Assembly (NCBI GenBank): GCA_030612025.1
Contig: JAUWOR010000010.1
Location: forward strand, 1-64,000
Direction of reading: 5' to 3'
DNA: 64,000 nucleotides
Origin: Dehalococcoidia bacterium
Lineage (GTDB): Bacteria > Chloroflexota > Dehalococcoidia > GIF9 > AB-539-J10
Shown here: positions 1-8,311 of the stretch, piece by piece
Numbering within the stretch: the first letter of the stretch is position 1
Layout: the number at the start of each line of letters is the position of its first letter
The notes under the pieces: generated by a model
The model's database searches: none
Told to the model about the DNA's origin: nothing
The model's input: the letters and a program-made list of their open reading frames with translations, nothing else
Made by a program: the position numbers and the translations under genes

Positions 1-1
1 C

Positions 2-1414
2 TTCGACGACACGGTGCTCCGGCTGGATGACGTAACCGCTGGTGAGATAGATGGAACGGCGATACCCGTTGGGGCCTGGAACCTAATAGAGGCCGGGCGA
101 GCGCGCGTAGTACAGGCCGCTGGTGGTGTAGTTGGGGTCACTGGAGATGGTACTCTGGCGGAATTAGAGTTCCATGTTATCGGAGACCCTGGCGATGAGA
201 GTGACATAGACCTGGAAAACGGGCTGCTGGGCGATAATGTCGGAGTTGAAATAGAAGTGGCAAACTGGCTAGGTGATACCGTGACAGTTGCTGGGGTGGT
301 GGAAGGAGTAGTGGTCACCATTGATGCTCCAGCCGAGGTGCCTGAGGATAGTGACTTTACTGCTGCGGTTGCCATTGACAATGTGGAGAACCTGGATGTT
401 GCCTACTACGAAGTCGTCTTTGACGACACGGTGCTCAGACTGGATGATGTAACCGCTGGTGACATAGACGGAACGGAGATACCGGTGGGCGCCTCGAATC
501 TGGTAGACGGGCGAGTCATTATAGTGCAGAATGTCCCTGATCTCGCTGGTGCTAGCGGAGATGGCACTCTGGCGGAGTTACAGTTCCATGTTATCGGAGA
601 TGCTGGTGATGAGAGTGACATAGACCTGGAAAACGGACTGCTGGGCGATAATGTCGGAGTTGAAATAGAAGCATTCTGGCTGGATGGTGCAGTGGATGTG
701 GTGGGCGGGGAATTCGAGGAGACCTTTGGCCCGACCGCCTTAGCTGAAGGGCTACGTGACCCCATTTGCCGCATACCTGAAGGAGCTACCAATCTTGCTA
801 TCGAGCTTACTACGGCGGCTTCTCCCGGGCCCGACATGGACCTGGAGCTATATGACGATGGCACTTGTGTGATCGGCGATATAGGCGTGATTGACTCGGC
901 ACCAGGTGGCAGCTATGAAGGTGACGACTTCGGCTATAGTGGTTACGACGGTGGTGAGGAGTATATCACCGCTGATGGTCCACTGGGCCAGGCGTACGAC
1001 CTGATGGTCTTCGCCTATGAGGGCGGCAGCTACACCGTGACTGTCTACTATGAGATTCCCGTCGGTGTAGATGTAACTCCACCGGAGATAGACATTGAGG
1101 TTACGGCATCAACCCCAACGGTGGGTGAGCCAGTAACCGTAACGGTGACTGCTACCGACCCCAGTGGCGTGGCTATGGTATACTTCATGGTTTCCAGTCC
1201 CTGGCTTGGGGGATTGAGTGTAGGGATGGCCGCTCCGCAAGTGGCCTACGAGGACATTGTCGGAGTGGTAGTGAGTTTCGGTGATGAAGCGAGCCTTACC
1301 TTTGCACCAGGCTGGGCCGGGACGTATACCGTGGAAGCCTGGGCTGCGGATGAACTAGATAACATGACGCCCGAAGGTAACCCGGTTACGGAAGACTTTG
1401 AGGTAGTTGCCTAA
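2..1414 (+). CDS. Multi-cohesin (scaffoldin-like) secreted protein, 5'-truncated by window edge: >=2 cohesins + PPC-like domain + Ig-like domain
   Basis: Frame is open from base 2. Two repeats of FDDTVLRLDDVTAG..G.GTLAEL.FHVIG..GDESDIDLENGLLGDN, then DMDLELYD..GGEEYI..YDLMV.AY (PPC-like) and DVTPP..ATDPSGV..GTYTVEAWAAD (Ig-like). Confidence 0.8.
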   Translation, partial: FDDTVLRLDDVTAGEIDGTAIPVGAWNLIEAGRARVVQAAGGVVGVTGDGTLAELEFHVIGDPGDESDIDLENGLLGDNVGVEIEVANWLGDTVTVAGVVEGVVVTIDAPAEVPEDSDFTAAVAIDNVENLDVAYYEVVFDDTVLRLDDVTAGDIDGTEIPVGASNLVDGRVIIVQNVPDLAGASGDGTLAELQFHVIGDAGDESDIDLENGLLGDNVGVEIEAFWLDGAVDVVGGEFEETFGPTALAEGLRDPICRIPEGATNLAIELTTAASPGPDMDLELYDDGTCVIGDIGVIDSAPGGSYEGDDFGYSGYDGGEEYITADGPLGQAYDLMVFAYEGGSYTVTVYYEIPVGVDVTPPEIDIEVTASTPTVGEPVTVTVTATDPSGVAMVYFMVSSPWLGGLSVGMAAPQVAYEDIVGVVVSFGDEASLTFAPGWAGTYTVEAWAADELDNMTPEGNPVTEDFEVVA

Positions 1415-1441
1415 AGGCTCTATATAGCCAGAAGGCTTTAA

Positions 1442-1473
1442 AGGTGCGGGGCTTTTGGCCCCGCACCTCTTTT
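1442..1473 (+). terminator. Intrinsic terminator
   Basis: AGGTGCGGGGC/GCCCCGCACCT 11-bp stem followed by CTTTT. Confidence 0.75.
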
Positions 1474-1477
1474 GTAT

Positions 1478-1614
1478 CACCCTCACCTTACCTCACCCTG
1501 ACCCTCTCCAGCAAGTGGAGAGGGAGAATACACCCTCACCTTACCTCACCCTGACCCTCTCCCGTCAAGGGAGAGGAAAAGAGCTTCTCCGTAGTGGCGG
1601 GGTTCATCCCCGCC
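1478..1614. repeat. Palindromic repeat cluster (CCCTCACC..CCTCTCCC..GGGAGAGG family x2 plus GTAGTGGCGGGGTTCATCCCCGCC REP)
   Basis: Same motifs recur at many intergenic sites in the window. Confidence 0.8.
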
Positions 1615-1622
1615 TTATTCTC

Positions 1623-1886
1623 TTAAATTCTTTTATAGGTGCTCTCAGTACGCCGAGCTACTCGTGCTATAGTGATTAGCTGTTCGTGAGCATCTATGGC
1701 ATATACTATCCTGTAATGTCCTACTCGAACACGCCAAAGCCCGCTATCAGCTAACTTTTTCACTCTCGCTGGTCCAGGCTCATGCCTTAGGGCGGTTATA
1801 GCTCTGGCAATCCTTTGATAGTCTTGACCTGTGGTCTTGTCTAACTGCTTCTGAGCTACTGGCGTTAGCCTAATTTCATAGCTCAC
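1623..1886 (-). CDS. RelE/ParE family toxin
   Basis: 87 aa; WRVRVGHYRIVY motif; overlaps upstream antitoxin. Confidence 0.85.
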   Translation of the reverse strand: MSYEIRLTPVAQKQLDKTTGQDYQRIARAITALRHEPGPARVKKLADSGLWRVRVGHYRIVYAIDAHEQLITIARVARRTESTYKRI

Positions 1887-2115
1887 CCTGGCGCTCCCGC
1901 CTGCTTTGCTGATACTGCTCCCAGGTTACCGTGCCTTCTCTGCGGGACAGAGCTTTTAACCCTTCCCGAATATCCTCCTCATCCTCCAGTATTTCCATGG
2001 CAGCATCACGAAGAAGCTTAGCCATGGAGGTACGTTGCTCGAAGGCCAAGCGGCGGAGTCTCTCATGCTGCTCCTCAGTTAAAAAAATTGTGGTTCGCTT
2101 TAACATCCTGCTCAT
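1876..2115 (-). CDS. Ribbon-helix-helix (CopG-like) antitoxin
   Basis: KRTTIFLTEEQHERLRRLA..SMAKLLRDA; acidic C-terminus; paired with RelE. Confidence 0.8.
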   Translation of the reverse strand: MSRMLKRTTIFLTEEQHERLRRLAFEQRTSMAKLLRDAAMEILEDEEDIREGLKALSRREGTVTWEQYQQSRRERQGEL

Positions 2116-2176
2116 AGTTCTTTACCTTTCAATGATAGCATATATGCATCGCTATGTCTAGCTGCCCAAAATGGTT

Positions 2177-2800
2177 CTCCCTCCCCTTGAGAGAGGGGGA
2201 AATATATTCGTAGCACGACCCTCAAGGGTCGTGCTCGTTGCGTTGCCCGAGGCTAAAGCCTCGGGCAACGGGGGCCCGGCAGGAACTTAGGTTCATTGTT
2301 TCACCCTCACGTCCCGTGCTAGATAAATCCTCACCCTAGCCCTCTCCACCAAGTGGGAAAAGAATACACCCTCACCTTAATCCTCTCCCGTCAAGGGAGA
2401 GGAAAAACAGGAGTGAGTAGTCCTGCTCCATCAGGGGAGAGGAGAGGCTTTTTAATGATATGTAGTTGCCCAATTTATTTGGCAATAGGAGCCTGATGAA
2501 TCAGGCAACTACGAAATGCGTAAATTGAACCAGAAATCAAAAATCAAAAGGCAAAAAGGAAATTTGAATTTTGCTCTGTAATTTTGACCTTTGACTTTTG
2601 CATTGTTTAAGAGAAGATGACTGAATTTAAGACATCTGAGCTTTCCCGCAGAGGGACACCACCACCCTCACCTTAATCCTCTCCCATCGAGGGAGAGGCA
2701 AACAGGGGTGAATAGTCCTGCTCCATCAGGGGAGAGGAACTCTACTTAAAATAATTCTCCCTCCCCTTGAGGGAGGGAGTTAGAGGGAGGGGGAGGGGAA
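2177..2800. repeat. Composite repeat cluster (REP families R1 and R2, CCCTC-hairpin family, heptamer element)
   Basis: R2 at 2209-2270, R1 at 2462-2512, CCCTCACCTTAATCCTCTCCC units at ~2370 and ~2665, heptamer-like palindrome ~2533-2604. Confidence 0.8.
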
Positions 2801-3046
2801 AGAGGAATGAATAGTTCTGTCTCGTTAAGAGAGAGACCTTGTAAAAACTTATGTGGCATACTATGGGTTAGATGCGAGGAAGGCGGACACGGCAGTAGCG
2901 ACATCACCATGCGGAACTGCATTGAACTATTGCCGCTATTGTTGGTGATAAAGCTGGTGCGATTCGACTAACCAACGAGGCTTTCGGCGAATTTGGATGA
3001 AGCCACGCAGGAATCCGAGCCTACCTGCAACCGCAAAGTGGGAGCT

Positions 3047-4597
3047 TTATGAAACGTCCACCGAATCGCCAATCCATTGGGCAATTATCTCCTTAGCCTC
3101 GTTGTCGCCCAACAAGCCATTCTGTATCCCGATAGATGTTGAGCTGCCACTGATACCTTTGACGTGGAAATGTAACACCGCCAGATGACCAGAGCCACTA
3201 ACCCCCTCTAAGCCAGGAACATTCTGGACTATAGTATATATGCCCGGGCTAATCTCGTTCCAGACGTCGATTGGTATTGCCGTTCCGTCTATCTCACCAG
3301 CGGTTACGTTATCCAGTTGAAGCACCGAGTCGTCGAAAACAAGATTATAGCTGGCAACATCGAAGTCGGTTACCTCGCTGATGTCAACAGTGACGGTGAA
3401 GTCACTATTCGGAGCTACTTCGGCGGGAGCATTGATGCTAACCTGAGTAGCTCCTGCCGGCGGAGCTTCAGCCACGGTTATTGAATCGCCCCTCCAGATT
3501 GTTGGTATTTCAACGCCTTCATTATCATTCAGCACTCCATTTTGCAGGTCTATGTCACTGCTATCACCAGCAGAGCCAATAACATGGAAGTGCAATACCG
3601 CCAGAGAGCCAGAGCCGCTGACACCGGCTACACCGGGGATATTCTGGACTATCCTATATCTTCCTGAGGTGAGCTTGTTCCACACATCGACTGGTACTGT
3701 GGTTCCATCTATATACCCCGAGGTTACGTCGTCCAGGCGGAGCACTGAGCTATCGAAGCTGACATCATAGTTAGCAGCATCGAAATCGATTAGCTCAGTG
3801 ACCTTCACCTTGACGGTAAAGTCACTAGCCGCAACTACCTTGGCCGGGGCGTCGATGCGCACAGTAGCCGCAGTAACCCCGGTAGCGCCGCTGGTGGTGA
3901 AAGTCCATACCGGGCCAGCAGTTTCTGCGCCCTTGTTGTCTGCAGCAATCACCTGCCAATAATATTTGGTATCGTTGCTTAATGTGCCTGGCGAATAGGT
4001 CGTATCAGATTGGTCGTTGGATACCAGTGCTGGACTTGAGTTTGGGCCAAAGTAGACATCGTAGGTTACGGTATCACCAACATCAGGATCATCACCAGTC
4101 CAGCTAAGGTCAACACTGATGGAAACCCCGGTAGCGCCGTCTGGTGGTGAGGGGTTAGACGGCTCATTTGGGGGGTTATTCGGGAGGGAACTTACGGTGA
4201 GGTTTACCGGCACTGTCTGAGGAGTGTTTGCTGCCCCTGGTGCCGAGATAGTGATGGTGGCAGAATGGTCGCCAGGGCTTATCCCAGCGATGTTCACCGC
4301 TACGGTTACGTTGTTTATTTCTCCAGTGGAGTTACCACTGGTGGGGCTTAGAGTGAGCCAGTCGGCGTCATCCGTTACAGACCAATTTAGCGTGCCAGCG
4401 CCGGAGTTGTGTATCTCTAATGTCAGGCTTGGCGGGTTGGCCCCTGCTTCAACAGCGTTAAAGCCAATGGCCATTGATGGGCTGACAGCTATGGTGGGAA
4501 GAGAAGGTGAAGGTGTTGACTGACCGCAGGCTGTGAGCAAACTAGCTGCTACTAAGGCAAGAAAGAAAACTGAGCAACACCTGTACCTATTGTTCAT
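3047..4597 (-). CDS. Lipoprotein scaffoldin: lipobox + BACON-like + Fn3-like + two C-terminal cohesins
   Basis: LLTAC lipobox; GTLNWSVTDDADWLTLSPTSG; PSNPSP..YYWQVIAAD; two FD.SVL.LD.VT.G..GSG.LAVLHFHV.G repeats. Confidence 0.85.
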   Translation of the reverse strand: MNNRYRCCSVFFLALVAASLLTACGQSTPSPSLPTIAVSPSMAIGFNAVEAGANPPSLTLEIHNSGAGTLNWSVTDDADWLTLSPTSGNSTGEINNVTVAVNIAGISPGDHSATITISAPGAANTPQTVPVNLTVSSLPNNPPNEPSNPSPPDGATGVSISVDLSWTGDDPDVGDTVTYDVYFGPNSSPALVSNDQSDTTYSPGTLSNDTKYYWQVIAADNKGAETAGPVWTFTTSGATGVTAATVRIDAPAKVVAASDFTVKVKVTELIDFDAANYDVSFDSSVLRLDDVTSGYIDGTTVPVDVWNKLTSGRYRIVQNIPGVAGVSGSGSLAVLHFHVIGSAGDSSDIDLQNGVLNDNEGVEIPTIWRGDSITVAEAPPAGATQVSINAPAEVAPNSDFTVTVDISEVTDFDVASYNLVFDDSVLQLDNVTAGEIDGTAIPIDVWNEISPGIYTIVQNVPGLEGVSGSGHLAVLHFHVKGISGSSTSIGIQNGLLGDNEAKEIIAQWIGDSVDVS

Positions 4598-4682
4598 CCT
4601 GCCCTCCTCTCGTTTTTGCTGGTGTTCTGTTTATTGGTGCCATGAATATGTTACCACAAATGAGTCGGATTGTCTTTGGGAT

Positions 4683-6704
4683 TTAATCCAGTCCGACAAT
4701 GATTCTTTCCACCTTGGTGATGTCAAGGCTATTGACCACGCCATCTTGATTGGCATCAGCCCCCGGGGTTTCGGCATCCAGTCCGACGATGATTCTTTCC
4801 ACCTTGGTGATGTCAAGGCTGTTGACCACCCCATCTCCATTAGCATCACCTGGCACTACCTCGCCTACTGCCTGGTAAATATCTATCAGTCCATATCCCG
4901 AGATATGATCTGGCGAGTCAGCCATGCTGGCTGTTTGCTGCAATCTGTCTCTGACAGCAGAAGGATTTCCTTCTAGCTCAGGATGTGCCTGGAGCAGCAA
5001 AGCGGCGGCGCCAGCAGCCATAGGAGAGGCCATGCTGGTGCCTTGCATAACAAAGTAGTCGGCCGGGCCATTTCCATCATTCAAGCCATCGTTGTCGATG
5101 ATAAGTGGGTCATAACTAGGATTGGGCCAGGGGTAGATAGCCCCATCCCGGCAAGAGATTATGGTGGTTCCGGGGGCTAAGATATTCGGCTTCTGAACGC
5201 CGCCCACCGTTGGTCCACGGCTGTTGAATGAGCTTACGGTATCCACTGTTTCAGGATAGGAGTAGGAATTTCCTTCATAATTTGTCCAGTTTTTTCTGGT
5301 GGTGTAGGCGCCTACGGCGATGGCGTTATCAGCGTCAGCGGGTGTGCCCATGGTGTAAAAGGGGTCGGAGTTGGGGAAAGTTACCGAACCCCAGTCCTTC
5401 CATTCATAAATGTGGAACGACTGGGAACTGGTGGAATTGTTTTTCACTTTCAAGTAATAGGTGCCAGGCCAAACGAAGTAGTTATAGCAGGAGAGCTCTG
5501 ACTCGGTGCCTCGCGGGCTCTCGGATTGTGCCCCGGTGATATCGGTCAATTCATTATAATAGAAATCATAGTAGTGCAAATCAAGGTCATTAGTAGTTCC
5601 CGGGCCATCATGCCACACCAGTTCGAAGTAAAGCATTGAAAAGGGAAACTGGCCGGTGCTAACGGTGACAGGGATGTAGTCCGTTTCCGCTCCGGCAGGC
5701 ACGGTGTCTGAATAATGTCTGGCGGCGGTAGCTTCGTTCCCGGCTGAGATGAATACCACGGCACCTTGCTCAAAGGCATAGTCCACCGCTTGAGCTTCGG
5801 GGCTGCTTCCGTCATGGTACAGCCCCCAGCCGCCGTAGCTTATGGTGATGATATCGGCGTCATAGAGGTCCACTGCCGCCGTTAGGGCATAGGTTACGGC
5901 CGGTGTTGAGGCGCCGGCACTTTTGTCATTGCCTATTTTGAGAAATATGAGCTCACTACCGGGTGCCATTCCTTGATATTGCCCTTCAGATTGCGTTCCC
6001 CTTCCCAGGGCGGTGCCGGTGACATGAGTGCCATGGCCGGTAACCTTGTTAGCAATGGTGTCGTCTAAATCGGGCCAGTCGGAATAATCCTTGGCTGCTA
6101 TAGGCGTGGGAATATCGGGGTGGTTAACGTCCAGCCCGGAATCGAGGATGGCTATTTTTATCCCGCGGCCATCATAGCCGGTATCCCAGACCTCAGCGGC
6201 ATTTATCCTCATGGCTGCCAGGTCATTTTGTGGCTGAACTGTCCGCTCGGCGCTATCCAAGCTAAGAACATAATCCTTGGCGGCGAGCTCATTCAGTTTA
6301 TCTACGGGCATATCGGCCACCAGGAATCCTGTGGGGTGATTTTCCAGTGGAGGAATCCAGGAGTCGAGGTAAAGGGTAATGCCCATGGCTTCCAATTGTT
6401 CTATCTGTAGTTGAGATGGTGGCTGGGAAAGGTAAACAAAGACTCGCTGAGTGCTTAATTCCCCTGCGTCTGGGGATAGACTTGTGAGCTGTTTACCGTT
6501 ATGGCTCAGCTCGAGGATATTCACCATACCCTCAGGGAGGTCTCCTTGGGAAAGGCGCAGCTTAGTCTCAACCTGCAGGGCGAGCAGACTGCTGATCTTA
6601 GAGCTGGGCTGAGGATTTTGAGCCATAGCAGGTATTTGAGGGAGGCTGAGGATTAATAGAGCTAAGATGAGGAGCAGGCTTAAAGTCTTGGCAATCTTGT
6701 TCAT
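4683..6704 (-). CDS. Secreted S8 (subtilisin-like) serine peptidase with C-terminal dockerin
   Basis: Signal peptide; catalytic ILDSG, GHGTHV, GTSMASP; duplicated DANGDGVVNSLDITKVERIIVGLD. Confidence 0.92.
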   Translation of the reverse strand: MNKIAKTLSLLLILALLILSLPQIPAMAQNPQPSSKISSLLALQVETKLRLSQGDLPEGMVNILELSHNGKQLTSLSPDAGELSTQRVFVYLSQPPSQLQIEQLEAMGITLYLDSWIPPLENHPTGFLVADMPVDKLNELAAKDYVLSLDSAERTVQPQNDLAAMRINAAEVWDTGYDGRGIKIAILDSGLDVNHPDIPTPIAAKDYSDWPDLDDTIANKVTGHGTHVTGTALGRGTQSEGQYQGMAPGSELIFLKIGNDKSAGASTPAVTYALTAAVDLYDADIITISYGGWGLYHDGSSPEAQAVDYAFEQGAVVFISAGNEATAARHYSDTVPAGAETDYIPVTVSTGQFPFSMLYFELVWHDGPGTTNDLDLHYYDFYYNELTDITGAQSESPRGTESELSCYNYFVWPGTYYLKVKNNSTSSQSFHIYEWKDWGSVTFPNSDPFYTMGTPADADNAIAVGAYTTRKNWTNYEGNSYSYPETVDTVSSFNSRGPTVGGVQKPNILAPGTTIISCRDGAIYPWPNPSYDPLIIDNDGLNDGNGPADYFVMQGTSMASPMAAGAAALLLQAHPELEGNPSAVRDRLQQTASMADSPDHISGYGLIDIYQAVGEVVPGDANGDGVVNSLDITKVERIIVGLDAETPGADANQDGVVNSLDITKVERIIVGLD

Positions 6705-6708
6705 TTGG

Positions 6709-7134
6709 TTATTGTGGTTGGGCTACTTTCTCGGCGCTATCCAATCTAAGCACATAATCCTTGGCGGCGAGCTCAGCTAACTTGTTTAGCGGCATATCTG
6801 CCACGAGGAATCCCTCATGGTGCTCGCCCGCAGGAGGTATCCAGGAGTCGAGATAAAGGGTGATGCCGATAGCTTGCAGCTCCTGTACCTGTGCCGGGGT
6901 TATCGGCTCGCCAAGGTAAATGAATATCCGCTGAATAGCTAAATTATCTACATTCAGGCCCATATTCTTCATCTGCTGCAGTCTTTCCGGTGTCGGGCTA
7001 GCTATTTGCTGCTGCCTCAGCTCAATCTGGAACAGGAGCAGTGAGCTTGCCTTTTGATTCGGCATAGCCACGGTGGCACATGAGGTGATTAGCAGTGGCA
7101 GGCAGATAAGCAAAGGCCACAGTGGCTTATTCAC
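6709..7134 (-). CDS. Lipoprotein consisting only of an S8-propeptide homolog
   Basis: LITSC lipobox; shares GITLYLDSWIPP..GFLVADMP..KL.ELAAKDYVL.LDSAE...QPQ with the adjacent peptidase prodomain. Confidence 0.8.
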   Translation of the reverse strand: MNKPLWPLLICLPLLITSCATVAMPNQKASSLLLFQIELRQQQIASPTPERLQQMKNMGLNVDNLAIQRIFIYLGEPITPAQVQELQAIGITLYLDSWIPPAGEHHEGFLVADMPLNKLAELAAKDYVLRLDSAEKVAQPQ

Positions 7135-7226
7135 AACCGAGAATGATACACGATATGAATTCCCAAAGTCAATAGCCTGTGCTCGTCCATATGATTAGTG
7201 ATACATCGCCTCCTTTGTTGCTATCT

Positions 7227-7357
7227 CGCTGTTTAATTTTGATTCCCTGTTCAATTTCAGCTATCTCAGAGGTGTTTCACCCCCAAATTTTTGTAGTTGC
7301 CTGATTTATCAGGCCCTTCTCGCCCAATAAATTGGGCAACTACATTTTTAAACGGCC
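7227..7357. mobile_element. MITE-like element carrying an R1 REP doublet
   Basis: Ends CGCTGTTTAA / TTAAACGGCC; direct repeat GTTGCTATCT on both flanks (7217-7226, 7358-7367). Confidence 0.6.
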
Positions 7358-7397
7358 GTTGCTATCTCAAAGCAATCTATGCTGATTCTCCCTCTCT

Positions 7398-7712
7398 CAC
7401 CCTCACCTTAATCCTCTCCCGTCAAGGGAGAGGAGGAAAAACAGGGGTGAGTAATCCTGCTCCATTAAGGGAGAGGAGGGAAAAAGGGATGAATACCCCT
7501 TTCCCATCAAGGGAGAGGGAAAATACACAAAATATTACTCCCTCCCCTGGCGGGAGGGAGTTAGAGGGAGGGGGAAATATATTCGTAGTGCGACCCTTGA
7601 GGGCCGTGCTCGTTGATTTGCCCGAGGCTAAAGCCTCGGGCTACGTGGGCCCGGCAGGAGCTTAGGTTCATTGTTCCACCCTCACCCTGACCCCCTCCCA
7701 TCAAGGGAGAGG
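7398..7712. repeat. Composite repeat cluster (CCCTC-hairpin units + R2 REP)
   Basis: Closely similar to blocks at 2194-2310 and 2370-2441. Confidence 0.8.
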
Positions 7713-7903
7713 GATAAAAGCCGATATGTCTCAGTAATCATAGCAACGAGTCCCGGCTGATACAGCTTGTTCACAGTTTCGAGGTAGTATGGGCTAAAGG
7801 GCCGAGGGGATTAGAGGGGCAAGCGCTTATTTCCGGGATGCCAGGAGTCTGGAGAAAGGGCAATGAAAGAAGGGTTGCCATACCTCGTAATAAGAGGTAG
7901 CTA

Positions 7904-8005
7904 TTGACAAGATAAAACTTGCTGATATAATAGGAATAAAGCAAAGTTAGATAATTTAATTTTTCCCTTTTACCTATTGACAAAATATTGGCTAAAGTGT
8001 AAGGT
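7904..8005 (+). promoter_or_regulatory. Tandem sigma70-type promoters upstream of the S-layer-like gene
   Basis: TTGACA(7904)-16 bp-TATAAT(7926) with extended TG; TTGACA(7977)-17 bp-TAAGGT(8000). Confidence 0.65.
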
Positions 8006-8311
8006 TGTCTAAACCTTTTGGTTTAGTATGCGTTTATGTAATTAAAGGGGGTGATGCCTATGAAACATTCCCAAAGCGTTTTGCTGCGGGGGAGAGGAAA
8101 GAGCCCTGGTCCCGGGGCACGAATGTAGTGCGAGGCTTTAGCCTCGTGCACGACCCTGAAGGGTCGCACTACAGAGGGGCAGCCTGATTTAAGGCAGGCT
8201 TTAAACAACCTTGAGTTTACCAGAAACAAATCGGAAAACCTGAATCTGAAGAAGGTCGACTTCGGGTTGAGGCTTAGAATAAGTAAAAATTTGAAAGGAG
8301 AACTAAATCGA

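Noticed and set aside
406-864. Long antisense ORFs (also 13355-13899, 15388-15885, 56290-56841, 59968-60447)
   Set aside because: Shadows of well-supported genes on the opposite strand
7297-7665. ORFs over repeat clusters (also 1455-1679, 11650-12220, 12391-12771, 14540-14752)
   Set aside because: Translations of palindromic repeats; no RBS or protein-like features
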